Assembly (NCBI GenBank): GCA_963772725.1
Contig: CAVYYI010000002.1
Location: forward strand, 384,001-448,000
Direction: 5' to 3'
From: an uncultured Phycisphaerales bacterium
Lineage (GTDB): Bacteria > Planctomycetota > Phycisphaerae > Sedimentisphaerales > Anaerobacaceae
Length of the DNA stretch: 64,000 nt
The position numbers were made by a program, and so were the translations under genes. Below the pieces are notes generated by a model, which saw only the letters and a list, made by a program, of their open reading frames with translations, was not told where the DNA came from and made no database searches. How positions within the stretch are numbered: position 1 is the first letter of the stretch; each line of letters opens with the position of its first letter. Positions 51,424 to 62,084 of this stretch are shown here, in pieces.

Positions 51424-52753
51424 TCAATTAATTATTTCAAGATTATCCGGGCGAAGCCTTTTGAGTTCAGTCAACTGGTTTCTGCCGAGTTTGGCGATGA
51501 TTATAACATTATTGTCGGCATACTGCTCATCAAGCACAGTGCAGTTGCCCCGCAAAAAACTCTGGATTTTGCCGTTGGACTGGCTCGTTATAACTCGCAG
51601 AGCAACTTCTTCACCTCTGTATTTATCAATAACGGCGTTCATCAGCTTTTCCAAGCCAATACCCGTTTTGGCGGATATGCAAATCGCATTGGGATAAAGG
51701 GTCTGGAGAATTTCAAAATCGCTCATCTTCCTGACGACGTCAATTTTATTAAAAACCTCAAGCACAGGTTTAGAACCGCAGCCTATTTCCGCAAGCACTT
51801 TTTTTACCGATTCGATTTGCTGAGCGACCTCAATATTAGAGACATCTATAATATGGAGCAGCAAATCGGCATTTACCGCCTCTTCGAGAGTCGCCTTAAA
51901 TGACGCGACAAGCTGATGAGGAAGTTTCTTCACAAAACCCACGGTATCGCTTAAAAGCACATCGACCCCGCCATCGAGAAACCATTTCCTGGTTTTTGTG
52001 TCCAGCGTCGCAAAAAGTTTATCCTCAACAAACGCGCCCGCATTAGTAAGAGCGTTTAACAGGGTGCTTTTGCCGGTATTGGTATAGCCAACCAGGCACA
52101 CCTTAAACATTCCGGTTCGGCCATTTATCTCGCGAATTTTGCGTTTGTCAATTTCCTGCAGCTCTCGCTTAAGCTCGGCAATTCTCTTTTGAACCAAGCG
52201 GCGGTCAATCTCAAGCTGCTGTTCACCAGTACCCCTTGTGCCGATACCGCCTACGGCACCCGCACCGACACCCCCTGCCGCGCCGGTAACAGTGTCGAGG
52301 TGCGACCACATTTTTGTCAGACGCGGATATGTATATTCAAGCTGGGCAAGGGAAACCTGAAGCTTTGCCTGCTTAGTTTTGCGCACGGGTGGCAAAAATA
52401 TCGAGAATCAATTCGCTGCGGTCTATGACCTTGACTTGTACAATCTCCTCAAGCTCGCGAATCTGGCCGGGCGAAAGGTCGTTATCGAATATCACGACAT
52501 CGGCATTGAGTTGTTTAACGCGATTTGCCAAATCCTCGGCTTTGCCTTTGCCAACATAAAAAGCGGGATTGGGTTTGCGAATCTTCTGCTGCACCCGGCC
52601 GGCGACTATCGCACCTGCGCTTTCGGCAAGTGCGGTAAGTTCAGCCAAATTATCGCCCCTGTCACCGCCGAGCATGGCCGCTACCAAAACGGCACGCTCT
52701 TTTCTAACCATTAACGAATCGCGTATTTCTTCCAAATAATTTCTCCAAACCAA
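51424..52753 (-). CDS. hflX: GTPase HflX (apparent indel near 52385)
   Basis: IDRSELILDIFA, GYTNTGKSTL, LFATLD, DTVGF, NKID. Confidence 0.93.
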
Positions 52754-52986
52754 AACATAATCAATTATATCATTTTATCATAATCGCCCGCAACACGCAA
52801 CCAAACCGCAAAAATCGCCGATTTTGTAAGTTTTTTTCATAAAAATCCGCATTTTCAGACTAAAAAACGCATCTGAAATATTTTTGCTTGAAAATATTTG
52901 CGGCTTATGGTATTAATATTTGTTTTAGCGGTTTGACAAAGTCTATACGAGTATTATTGAATTTGGTTTTGAAAGGTTAATTTTGA

Positions 52987-53181
52987 ATGTTGAAAGTTAA
53001 GTCACGTACGGGCGAATCGGTTCAGCAGATGATGAGGCGTTTTAAGAAGTTATGCGAAAAGGAAGGTCTAATCAGGGATATCAAACGCAACAGCTACTAT
53101 GAAAAGCCCTCAGAGGTGAATCGCCGCCGGAGCCGCAAAGCGATACGCACGGCACAGATACTTTCCAAATACGGCGTATAA
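52987..53181 (+). CDS. rpsU: 30S ribosomal protein S21
   Basis: MRRFKK...YYEKPSE. Confidence 0.93.
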   Translation: MLKVKSRTGESVQQMMRRFKKLCEKEGLIRDIKRNSYYEKPSEVNRRRSRKAIRTAQILSKYGV

Positions 53182-53213
53182 GTCAGACCATTGAATTTAC
53201 AATAGGTTATGAT

Positions 53214-53245
53214 ACGGATGGGCATAACAGTCCATCCGTGTTTTT
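53214..53245 (+). terminator. Intrinsic terminator after rpsU
   Basis: ACGGATGG...CCATCCGT followed by a T-run. Confidence 0.75.
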
Positions 53246-53375
53246 ATTTCCATACCGCTGCACAGTTCAGTAGTTTTTCTCAAAATATTTTTAGTTTTTT
53301 TAAATTTTAATCTTGATATTTAGCTATACTGCTATATAGTATACTGCAAATAGCATATTAAAAAAGAGGTGTGGA

Positions 53376-53714
53376 GTGAATCTGGAAAACTGGCAAACTC
53401 AGCTTCGTAAAGGCCTATTGGAACTGGTCGTTCTGAATATGCTGAACCACGAGGTTTATCACGGCTATGATATGGTGCAAAGTCTTAAGCAGATTCACGG
53501 GCTGAAAATCCGCGAGGGGAATATTTACCCGATTCTGGCGAGACTTCAGGAGGATGGGCTAGTAAAGAGCTACAGCGAGGCGTCGGCGGATGGGCCGCCG
53601 CGAAAATATTTCAATCTTACTGACGCAGGCAGAAAGGCCCTTAGCAATATGAACACGCACTGGGAGCAGATTACCGAAAGCATCCAGATTATCCAAAAGG
53701 GAGAACATAAATGA
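53376..53714 (+). CDS. PadR-family transcriptional regulator
   Basis: QLRKG.LE, HGY, EGNIYP.L.RL, GPPRKYF.LT. Confidence 0.92.
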   Translation: MNLENWQTQLRKGLLELVVLNMLNHEVYHGYDMVQSLKQIHGLKIREGNIYPILARLQEDGLVKSYSEASADGPPRKYFNLTDAGRKALSNMNTHWEQITESIQIIQKGEHK

Positions 53715-54553
53715 CATCTGAAAATAAACAATGGCTGGACTTGAAGGAAAATTATCTTAAGCAGATAAAAGAGACACTTTGTGCGGCGAAGCAGGCGGAC
53801 GGAGGGGAGATTATTGACAATGTCAGTTCGCATTTGGACAGGCGGTTCGCGGAGCTGAAGGAAGAGGAGCGGACATGGGAGAATTTTCAAAAGATTATCA
53901 CGGAGATGGGGCCGCCGAGCGATTACGCGGAGCTGCTTATTTCAGATGCCTGCGCGGCAAAGAAAGGCAGCGGTAAATATTTTATGCGGGGTGTTCTGGC
54001 CTTAATCGGAATCGGGATTGTGATTGGAGGTTTATGGTGCTTATTATCTTACCGCAATAAGCCGGTTACGCCTGAGCGATTCAGGGAAAATTTTACCAGA
54101 AATATCGCTGGATTTAATATCGATACCGCGACGTTAAAGGATGTTATTAAAAGTTTCGGCGAGCCGGTCGAATATATATGGGGCGAACAGACTTTCAGTA
54201 AAAATAATCTGCCGAATCGCTATGTAGCTATTTATCCGTGCGGATTTCGTGTTTTCATCATGGATAACCAGATTGTTGAATTGAGGCACGAAAGCCCAGG
54301 CGACGGATATGTGTGGAAGGGTAAACTTAAGGTCGGTTCCTCGCTCGATGAAGTTATTAAGGTTTTAGGCGAGCCGGAGCAAACCGTTACAGGCCAGAAA
54401 AACTGGTTTACTGACGACATTTTGTATAAGGATATCGAAGGCAGACCCGGCTATTGCTACTACGCGAGGAAAGACCAGAATATACGACTTTTCTTTATGG
54501 ACTACAAAGTATGCGCTCTTTATATTACCCGCAGCGATTACAATGACCATTGA
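53711..54553 (+). CDS. PadR-associated membrane protein (HAAS-like N-terminus, TM, duplicated exported domain)
   Basis: NYL..I...L, EII.NV.SHL, EMGPPSDYA; VIK.(F/L)GEP twice. Confidence 0.7.
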   Translation: MTSENKQWLDLKENYLKQIKETLCAAKQADGGEIIDNVSSHLDRRFAELKEEERTWENFQKIITEMGPPSDYAELLISDACAAKKGSGKYFMRGVLALIGIGIVIGGLWCLLSYRNKPVTPERFRENFTRNIAGFNIDTATLKDVIKSFGEPVEYIWGEQTFSKNNLPNRYVAIYPCGFRVFIMDNQIVELRHESPGDGYVWKGKLKVGSSLDEVIKVLGEPEQTVTGQKNWFTDDILYKDIEGRPGYCYYARKDQNIRLFFMDYKVCALYITRSDYNDH

Positions 54554-54581
54554 TAAAACATTTTTTTTAAGGAGCCTAAAA

Positions 54582-55397
54582 ATGAGACGCGTAAAAAAAA
54601 CAGATTTCAGAATACCGGCCGCTCTTATTTTTGTGATGGCCATTGTCTCGGTAACGGTGGCTGATGTTACGCTGCCCGCTTCGATATGCGATAATATGGT
54701 ACTGAAGCAAAATACTGAGATAGTGATATGGGGCTGGGCCAATCCAGATGAAAAAGTAAGCGTAAAAGGAGAATGGAGCGATACCACTGTTTCTACTGTA
54801 GCAGCTAAAAACGGGCAATGGTTGGTTAAAATTAATACCCCTTCCAAGGGAGGGCCTTATACTATCGACATCAAAGGAAACAATCACATTGTACTGACAA
54901 ATATTTTTGTCGACAAGGCCAAGGCAGTCTTCAACCAATCGAACAAGAAAAAAACAAACGTCGGCCAAAAAACTCAGGAACCGGAACAAAAAGATAAATC
55001 AAACGCGGCAAATAAAACTTCGGATAACACACTTGCCGCAGGAAGCACGATTGTTAATAACAGAACAGCAGGTGGTTCCCCATTTGATGATCCCGCGGTT
55101 ATTGGAGAGTGGAAAAGCGTTGATTTTGTGCGCGAGATTGGTGATTTTAATCCGGCCAAGAAAAGCTGGCAAGGAGACTTGTATTTGAAAGAGCTTGTAT
55201 TTTTCCCAAATGGAAAAACTTTTAAACCATGGTGGACATGGACAAAAGGACAGGTTTATCATTCCGGCAGTAAAACAACAGCCAGGTACGAAATTAAAAA
55301 TATAGGCGGCCAGACGTATATGTTCTTTGAATGGATGAGCGGCGACGTAGTATTTCGACACCAAAAACCACGGTATTATGTTTTGAAAAAATCTTAG
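54582..55397 (+). CDS. Exported protein with sialate-O-acetylesterase-like N-terminal domain, no esterase core seen
   Basis: VTLPASICDNMVLKQ...IWGWA...GGPY; unrelated C-terminus. Confidence 0.65.
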   Translation: MRRVKKTDFRIPAALIFVMAIVSVTVADVTLPASICDNMVLKQNTEIVIWGWANPDEKVSVKGEWSDTTVSTVAAKNGQWLVKINTPSKGGPYTIDIKGNNHIVLTNIFVDKAKAVFNQSNKKKTNVGQKTQEPEQKDKSNAANKTSDNTLAAGSTIVNNRTAGGSPFDDPAVIGEWKSVDFVREIGDFNPAKKSWQGDLYLKELVFFPNGKTFKPWWTWTKGQVYHSGSKTTARYEIKNIGGQTYMFFEWMSGDVVFRHQKPRYYVLKKS

Positions 55398-55445
55398 ATA
55401 TTCGGCAAGATTAAGACCATCCTGCAAAATTATTAAAGAGTGTAT

Positions 55446-56303
55446 ATGAGATATATCGCTAATAAAATGAGCGGTTTTACGCTGATTGAACTGCTGGTGG
55501 TGATATCGATAATCTCGCTATTAATGTCGATTACTCTGCCTTCCCTCAGCCGGGCAAGAGAAATGGGTAAGCGGATAGACTGCCAATCGAATGTGAGGCA
55601 ACTTACGCTTGCCTGGCAGATGTATGTAATGGATAATGACGAAAAGCTTTGTTCTTCCGATACGTGGTTTAACAACGACTCTTACGGACTACCTGATTAC
55701 TGGCGCAGGCATGAGCCGTCATGGGTAACTGACGGTCCAGACCGTTATAATGAACCTTTGAATTATATCGGCGGAACAGAGACGGCTATAAAAGACGGGG
55801 TACTTTGGCATTATGTTAATTCTCTAAAGGTATATAAATGTAAAAGTGACCGAACAGGTGTATTGCGCAATTATTCTATATCCTCGGTTATGAGTAAAAA
55901 CGATATGTTACCAGATGAGGTATATAATCGTCAATTTGCTACAATGGGTGACATTAAGGGAACTTCGAAAGAAATGGTTTTTATTGATGCAGATGTTTAT
56001 TCTGGCTGTTTGGCGGATGAGCCATGGCTACACGGTTCTTTTTGGCCATTCAATGTAATAAAAGACCCTTGGGTGCCGGTTTGGTGTTGGCAACAAGGTC
56101 AGAGTATAACAGCAAGGCATAGCGATGGCTGCAATCTGTCTTTCGCAGACGGGCATACCGAATTCCTGAGGTGGAGGGACAAGAGAACAGTTAAATTTGC
56201 TAATTCTAATGTACAATCGAGCAACCCGTCTGACACCATCAACAATGAAGATTTTGATACTATAGTAAGGCTATTGTGGGGAAAAATTAAGAGGCCGTAT
56301 TGA
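55446..56303 (+). CDS. Prepilin-type N-terminal cleavage / H-X9-DG domain protein
   Basis: GFTLIELLVVISII...LP.L.RARE, RHSDGCNLSFADGH. Confidence 0.92.
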   Translation: MRYIANKMSGFTLIELLVVISIISLLMSITLPSLSRAREMGKRIDCQSNVRQLTLAWQMYVMDNDEKLCSSDTWFNNDSYGLPDYWRRHEPSWVTDGPDRYNEPLNYIGGTETAIKDGVLWHYVNSLKVYKCKSDRTGVLRNYSISSVMSKNDMLPDEVYNRQFATMGDIKGTSKEMVFIDADVYSGCLADEPWLHGSFWPFNVIKDPWVPVWCWQQGQSITARHSDGCNLSFADGHTEFLRWRDKRTVKFANSNVQSSNPSDTINNEDFDTIVRLLWGKIKRPY

Positions 56304-56319
56304 TGGGAAAGAATATAGA

Positions 56320-57156
56320 ATGCGGATAGCAAAAAAGATATTTACCGGTTTTACGCTGATTGAACTTTTGGTGGTGATATCGATAATATCTTTGCTGATG
56401 TCGATTATGTTGCCTGCCCTTAACAGGACGCGGGAAATGAGCAGGCGGATAGACTGCCAGTCGAATTTAAGGCAGCTTACTCTTGCATGGCAGATATATG
56501 CAACAGATAATGATGAAAAGCTTTGTTCGCCAGAAACGTATTGGAATAATGATAATTATGGTTTTTTGGATGGCCATTCTCAATACAGGGGTGGAAATTG
56601 GGTTGCAGATGGTGAGGATTTACATGATCCTTGGGCAAATGCCATCGGTGGTACTGAAATTGCCATCAAGGACGGCATTTTGTGGCATTACCTGAATTCT
56701 GTGAAAGTGTATAAATGCAAAAGTGATAAAAGTATTCTCTTGCGAAGTTACTCGCTATCAAAAACTATGGGATACCAATGGGGAGACTTTTGCGGAATAA
56801 CGCCGTTTAAGGCGTCAGGTAATATTTCAAGGGCTGGCGAAAAACTTGTTTTTATTGATGCACAATCGACGCATGAAATTCCCCCTGTAACTATAAGTGT
56901 ATGGCTGGTAGGTGGTTTCATAGCTGTAGATATAACTTCAGTAAATCCGATATGGTATACGCCGGGATTTTGGCATGGGATAACTGCAAGACATGGCGAT
57001 GGATGTAATATAAGTTTCGCGGATGGACATACAGAATATCTAAAATGGAAAGACCAAAGAACCGTTGATTTAGTAAATCTCAAGATTAGCGAGGAAGATG
57101 CTTCGAAGGACAATCCCGACTTAGAACGAATGATTAGCTTGTTGAAAGGGCGCTAA
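56320..57156 (+). CDS. Prepilin-type N-terminal cleavage / H-X9-DG domain protein (tandem paralogue)
   Basis: GFTLIELLVV, RHGDGCNISFADGH. Confidence 0.92.
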   Translation: MRIAKKIFTGFTLIELLVVISIISLLMSIMLPALNRTREMSRRIDCQSNLRQLTLAWQIYATDNDEKLCSPETYWNNDNYGFLDGHSQYRGGNWVADGEDLHDPWANAIGGTEIAIKDGILWHYLNSVKVYKCKSDKSILLRSYSLSKTMGYQWGDFCGITPFKASGNISRAGEKLVFIDAQSTHEIPPVTISVWLVGGFIAVDITSVNPIWYTPGFWHGITARHGDGCNISFADGHTEYLKWKDQRTVDLVNLKISEEDASKDNPDLERMISLLKGR

Positions 57157-57171
57157 TACAATTCTTATATT

Positions 57172-57807
57172 ATGAAAATATTTAAGGATAAGCATATGCC
57201 GGAGTGGAGATACATAAGATACGATATTGTGGAACGATGGGAACGGATAACAGAGAGGCTGCGTTCGCCGAGGGAATGGGTTAATCGGCAGAATCCGAAA
57301 GTTATGCTGGGTATAGCGGGGTTTTGCTTGGTAATTCTTGTTGTAATCGGTATCGGCCAGTTAAGAGACGGTAAAGTAGTGACAAGGGTCGGAAGCAGCA
57401 ATAATAAAAGCTGGTTTTATGACCTCAATACGGGCAGACTTTTTACGGAAAGAAGCGATAAATTGCCGCCGTTTGAGGTTTCATCGGGGCCGCTGGCTAA
57501 TGGTGAACCGGCAGGAGTCAGGGCTTATGTATTCAGTTACAGCGACCAGCCAAACGACAGTAACCGTTTTATCGGTTATCTGGAAAAATTGACGCCGAGA
57601 GGTAAAGAGCTTATGGCCACTTTTTTAAAATCAAGGAGCAATTTAACGAGAGAAAGCGTCATAGAATTGAGCAGGGAAAGGCTTGTCCGCAGCGTTGAAG
57701 GCAAGCAGTGGTTTGCGTCGGACAGCAACGAGGGCAAGGCTGTGATTAGTAAGGGATTTTCACCGAACAAAAAAGGCAAGAAGCCGCAATTTGTTTTGCC
57801 GGAATAG
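57172..57807 (+). CDS. Hypothetical membrane-anchored protein
   Basis: One TM helix; WFYDLNTGRLF. Confidence 0.7.
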   Translation: MKIFKDKHMPEWRYIRYDIVERWERITERLRSPREWVNRQNPKVMLGIAGFCLVILVVIGIGQLRDGKVVTRVGSSNNKSWFYDLNTGRLFTERSDKLPPFEVSSGPLANGEPAGVRAYVFSYSDQPNDSNRFIGYLEKLTPRGKELMATFLKSRSNLTRESVIELSRERLVRSVEGKQWFASDSNEGKAVISKGFSPNKKGKKPQFVLPE

Positions 57808-57810
57808 CGT

Positions 57811-57835
57811 AGATTCCCGCTTTCGCGGGAATGAC
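57811..57835. repeat. REP/dRS3-like palindrome between convergent genes
   Basis: ATTCCC-N8-GGGAAT-GAC. Confidence 0.75.
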
Positions 57836-57865
57836 AAAAAATGCAGGCGAACAGAAGAAAAAAGA

Positions 57866-59014
57866 TTATGTTCTAAGGACAGCGCCGCCGAGGTCCTCTT
57901 CTTCTTCCTTTTTATGGCTGGGCATTTCAGTTCTGAGCTTTTTCATTTTGGTCATAGCCTTATCCTGGAGTGCACCTGGCTGACGGCCTTTATCGAGCAT
58001 TTCCTCGAGGCTGATCCGGCCGGCGTCATAGAGGTTCCAGAGATGCTCATCGAGAAGCTGCATACCAAGTTTTTTTCCGGTCTGGATGCTCGAATCGATA
58101 CGGTAAGCCTTATTTTCGCGGATGAGGTTGGAAATAGCGGGTGTAACGACCATAAATTCGTAAGCGGCGACACGGCCCTTTCCAGTCATAAGGGGGCAAA
58201 GCGTCTGGGCGAGAACGGCGATTAGGTTGGTGCTGAGCTGAGTCCGGATTTGTTCCTGCTGATTGGGAGGAAACACATCTATAATTCTGGTTATGGTGCC
58301 TGAAGCGCTTGTCGTGTGAAGGGTGCTGAAGACAAGGTGACCTGTTTCGGCAGCCCTGACGGCGGCTTCGATTGTTTCGAGGTCGCGCAATTCACCAACG
58401 AGGATAACGTCGGGGTCCTGTCTCAAAACACGTCTTAGTGCCTCGGAAAAGCTCGGGACGTCGAGGCCGACTTCTCTCTGGTTGATAATGGATTTTTTAT
58501 GGCTGTGGTAATATTCAATAGGCTCTTCGACGGTTACAATGTGGCGGTCGAAGTTTTCGTTAATGTAATTAATCATCGAGGCCAGGGTAGTGGTTTTACC
58601 GCTGCCGGTAGGGCCTGTAACGAGAAACATACCTCTGGGCCTGCGGCACAGCGCGGCGCAGACTTTGGGCAGACCTATTTCCTCGAGGCTCATAATTTTC
58701 GAGGGAATCAGTCGCAATACTATGGCGATGGTACCCTTTTGTTTGAAGACAGCGACACGGAAACGCGCCATATCGCCAAACGCGAAACCGAAGTCGGTAC
58801 CGCCCTCTTCCTGGAGTTCCTGCTGATTTCTTTCCGGGGTTATGCTTTTCATCAGGCCGGATGTATCGTCAGAATCGAGCACCTTTGTTTCCAAAGAGCG
58901 CAGCGAGCCGTGAACCCTGAATACCGGAGGTTTTCCCACGGTAATATGTATATCAGAGGCACCCTGCGAGACGCAGGCGTGCAGTAAACGGTCCATATTA
59001 ACAGTTGACGCCAT
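57866..59014 (-). CDS. pilT: Type IV pilus retraction ATPase
   Basis: ASDIH, GPTGSGKTTT, QREVG, LRQDPD, AETGHLV.STLH, ISNLIRE. Confidence 0.93.
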   Translation of the reverse strand: MASTVNMDRLLHACVSQGASDIHITVGKPPVFRVHGSLRSLETKVLDSDDTSGLMKSITPERNQQELQEEGGTDFGFAFGDMARFRVAVFKQKGTIAIVLRLIPSKIMSLEEIGLPKVCAALCRRPRGMFLVTGPTGSGKTTTLASMINYINENFDRHIVTVEEPIEYYHSHKKSIINQREVGLDVPSFSEALRRVLRQDPDVILVGELRDLETIEAAVRAAETGHLVFSTLHTTSASGTITRIIDVFPPNQQEQIRTQLSTNLIAVLAQTLCPLMTGKGRVAAYEFMVVTPAISNLIRENKAYRIDSSIQTGKKLGMQLLDEHLWNLYDAGRISLEEMLDKGRQPGALQDKAMTKMKKLRTEMPSHKKEEEEDLGGAVLRT

Positions 59015-59036
59015 TGTAATATCCTCAATAACTTAT

Positions 59037-60770
59037 CTAATCTATAACTGTCCCTTCCACCTGGGCGATAGCGGCTATCTCGTCGGGGGTGGTTGTTCCT
59101 TTGAATATTTTAAGTTTGCCATCGCTTAAAAGTGTTCTCATACCGCTCGCGACGGCGGCTTTTCTCAATTCGGAGGTAGTGGCCTTTGAGAACGCCAATT
59201 CTCTGATTTCGTTGTTTAATTCAAGCATTTCAAAAATACCGATACGACCTTTATAGCCTGTTCCATGGCAAATGTTGCAACCGGCACCCTTATATACTGG
59301 CCTGTTTCTGATATCATCAACGGTGATGCCGAGCAGCCGCAGTTTATGAGGGTCGGGGGCCTTATCAACGGTCTTGCAGTTTTTACAAATGACCCTGACG
59401 AGTCTCTGCGCCATAATAGCCTGAATAGAGCTGGCGACCAGAAAGGGTTTTATGCCCATATCAATAAGACGCGTGATGGCACTAATGGCGTCATTGGTGT
59501 GCAGGGTACTGAAAACGAGGTGACCTGTAAGCGCGGCCTGGATGGCGATATCCGCCACGATACCGTCTCGAATTTCACCGATGAGAATAATATTCGGCGC
59601 CTGTCTGAGCATGGACCTGAGGATAGCATCAAAAGTCAGGCCGATATCATCTCTAACCTGGCACTGGTTCATACCGGCAAAGTTATATTCGACGGGGTCT
59701 TCGGCAGTAATAATTTTCTTATCCGACCTGTTGAGTTCCTGCAACGCGGCGTAAAGTGTTGTGGTTTTACCGCTGCCTGTAGGTCCAGTAACAAGGAAGA
59801 TACCATTTGGTCTTTTGATTATACGCTGGAATCTTTCGTAGTCGTCATGCTCAAAACCGAGGGATTGAATACCGATATTTACTGCGTCAGGGCGCAAAAT
59901 TCTCATTACGACACTTTCGCCGTGACTGCCCGGGAGGGCCGAGACACGGAAATCGATATCCTGTCCGGCGATATTGCGTTTTATTCTGCCGTCCTGCGGG
60001 AGACGTTTTTCGGCGATATCCATACCGGACAAAATTTTAATACGTGTAATCATGGAGGCCTGCATACTCTTGGGGATATTATCTTTTTCAAGGCAGACAC
60101 CGTCAACGCGGTATCTTATTCTGACCCTGTCAGCCATCGGTTCAACATGAATATCGCTTGCCCTCATGTGATAGGCGTTATCAATAATTAGGTTGACGAG
60201 TTTCACGATGGGTGCATCATCGTCACCGGCGGCCTGTGCCTGAAGTGCAACGGCCTGCAACTCATGGCCTGCTTCGGCAAGCTCGGCGGCAGTGGCGTCA
60301 ATACTGTGTTTCAGTTTGTCATCATTCTGTGTTTTGACTCTATCAAAGGATTCCTCGATATAGGCGCGTATTTTATCGGAATTTGCGAGATAACAATGGG
60401 GCTCGGTATTGAGCCTGAATCTGATTATATCAATGACTTCAAGGTTGAGGGGGTCGCCGATAATAAGTTTGAGTCTGCCGTCATTCATACCTAAAGGCAG
60501 GACATTGTATCTTTTGACAAGGTCCTCAGGGACAAGCTTTGCGGCTTCGGGCGGAATAGTGGTGACGTCGAGATTTATGTATTCAAGGCCGAATTGCTTG
60601 GCGATAACCTGAGTCAGGGTTTCTTCGTCGATGAGGCCAAGCTCGAGCAAGACCTGTCCAAGACGTTTATTATTGGACTTAGCGGTCTTAATCGCTTCAA
60701 TAAGCGGTTCCTTCTCAACTAAGCCCGCCTTGAAGATAATCTCACCTAATTTTTTGCGTGATTTAGCCAT
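59037..60770 (-). CDS. pilB: Type IV pilus assembly / GspE-family ATPase
   Basis: KLGEI/RLGQV MshEN-like motif, PQDGR, GPTGSGKT, CKNC...CNIC. Confidence 0.88.
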   Translation of the reverse strand: MAKSRKKLGEIIFKAGLVEKEPLIEAIKTAKSNNKRLGQVLLELGLIDEETLTQVIAKQFGLEYINLDVTTIPPEAAKLVPEDLVKRYNVLPLGMNDGRLKLIIGDPLNLEVIDIIRFRLNTEPHCYLANSDKIRAYIEESFDRVKTQNDDKLKHSIDATAAELAEAGHELQAVALQAQAAGDDDAPIVKLVNLIIDNAYHMRASDIHVEPMADRVRIRYRVDGVCLEKDNIPKSMQASMITRIKILSGMDIAEKRLPQDGRIKRNIAGQDIDFRVSALPGSHGESVVMRILRPDAVNIGIQSLGFEHDDYERFQRIIKRPNGIFLVTGPTGSGKTTTLYAALQELNRSDKKIITAEDPVEYNFAGMNQCQVRDDIGLTFDAILRSMLRQAPNIILIGEIRDGIVADIAIQAALTGHLVFSTLHTNDAISAITRLIDMGIKPFLVASSIQAIMAQRLVRVICKNCKTVDKAPDPHKLRLLGITVDDIRNRPVYKGAGCNICHGTGYKGRIGIFEMLELNNEIRELAFSKATTSELRKAAVASGMRTLLSDGKLKIFKGTTTPDEIAAIAQVEGTVID

Positions 60771-60847
60771 ATTCCACAATTATTTTCGGTATTATGTCAA
60801 TCTGGGTAAAGTCTAATTATAGCATTATTTTGTGAATAAGTCAAATG

Positions 60848-62080
60848 TTAGAGTTTTAGGCGGAGCATATTCAAAGCAGTCAGGGCGGCACGAAATCTTA
60901 TAAAGTCTCTATCGTGTGAAAAAACAAAGCAAGCGGTTTGGCAACCTTTTTGCGAATCTGAAGAAATATATACCAGTCCGACGGGTTTTTGTTCGTTACC
61001 GCCGCCGGGACCGGCGATTCCGGTTATTGCGAGCGAGAAATCAGCAGAGGCTTTTTTTCGGGCATTTTGCGCCATGGCCTGGGCAACCTGTTCGCTTACA
61101 GCGCCGTATTGCTCTACCAGGTGCGGGGGTACGTGGAGTTCATGTATTTTGGCCTGGTTGCTGTATGTAACCCAGCCTTGGAGGAAATATTCGCTGGCGC
61201 CAGGAATATCGGTTATCAGCTTTGCCAGCAAGCCTCCAGTGCAGGATTCCGCTACGACAAGAGTCTTGTGCTGGGCAGCGAGTTTTTGGCCGACGACCTC
61301 TGCAAGGGTCTGGTCATCTGTGCCATAGATAAGGTCTCCGAGTATATCGCGGAGGGTTTTTTCGTCTTTTTCAGCCATTTGCAGGGCGGAGTTATGGGTC
61401 TTTGCGGTTGCGATGATATGAAGGGTTACAATGCCGTATTGTACGGTACAGTTGATTAATGGATTCCTGTCGCGATGCATAAGGGAACCGAGCGATTCGG
61501 CGATAGTTGATTCACCAGCTCCGAAGCATTTCAATTTTTTGATAACCACCGCCTGACCGGCAGTGAGTTCTTTGAGTCTGGGCAAAACAGTTTCACAGAA
61601 CATGGCTTTCATTTCGGAGGGGACGCCCGGCATAGAGGCAAATATTTTATCTTTTGTTTCCGCGATAACGCCCGGCGCGGTTCCGAGATTGTTGGAGATA
61701 GGTTTTGCGCCGGCGGGGATACACGCTTGAATTCTGTTCATTTCGGGCATTTTGATGTTTCTGTCAGCGAAAATTTTTTGTATTTTTTCAAGCAGTTCAT
61801 TTTGCAGAACCAATTCCACGTTAAGGAATTTCGCGAGGGCATGACGAGTCAAATCATCATCGGTAGGCCCCAGCCCCCCTGTTACAAGAACGATATCGGC
61901 ATCGATGGAAGCATGATTAAACGTTTTTACAATTTTTTCAATATCATCACCGATGACATAAACGCTGACGACGGGTATGGAGGCGGATAAAAGTTCGCGG
62001 CTAAGCCAGGCGGCGTTGGTATCCACGGTCTGGCCGCTGATGATTTCATTACCTATACTGATGATGGAAGCTTTTTTCAT
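60848..62080 (-). CDS. cinA: Competence/damage-inducible protein CinA (NMN deamidase domain)
   Basis: GGLGPTDDD, AESCTGG, YSNQAK, TGIAGPGG. Confidence 0.95.
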   Translation of the reverse strand: MKKASIISIGNEIISGQTVDTNAAWLSRELLSASIPVVSVYVIGDDIEKIVKTFNHASIDADIVLVTGGLGPTDDDLTRHALAKFLNVELVLQNELLEKIQKIFADRNIKMPEMNRIQACIPAGAKPISNNLGTAPGVIAETKDKIFASMPGVPSEMKAMFCETVLPRLKELTAGQAVVIKKLKCFGAGESTIAESLGSLMHRDRNPLINCTVQYGIVTLHIIATAKTHNSALQMAEKDEKTLRDILGDLIYGTDDQTLAEVVGQKLAAQHKTLVVAESCTGGLLAKLITDIPGASEYFLQGWVTYSNQAKIHELHVPPHLVEQYGAVSEQVAQAMAQNARKKASADFSLAITGIAGPGGGNEQKPVGLVYISSDSQKGCQTACFVFSHDRDFIRFRAALTALNMLRLKL

Positions 62081-62084
62081 AGGT

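Noticed and set aside
59265..60191. 308-aa plus-strand ORF and similar ORFs opposite pilT, cinA, lysA and the kinase
   Set aside because: Antisense shadows of well-supported genes
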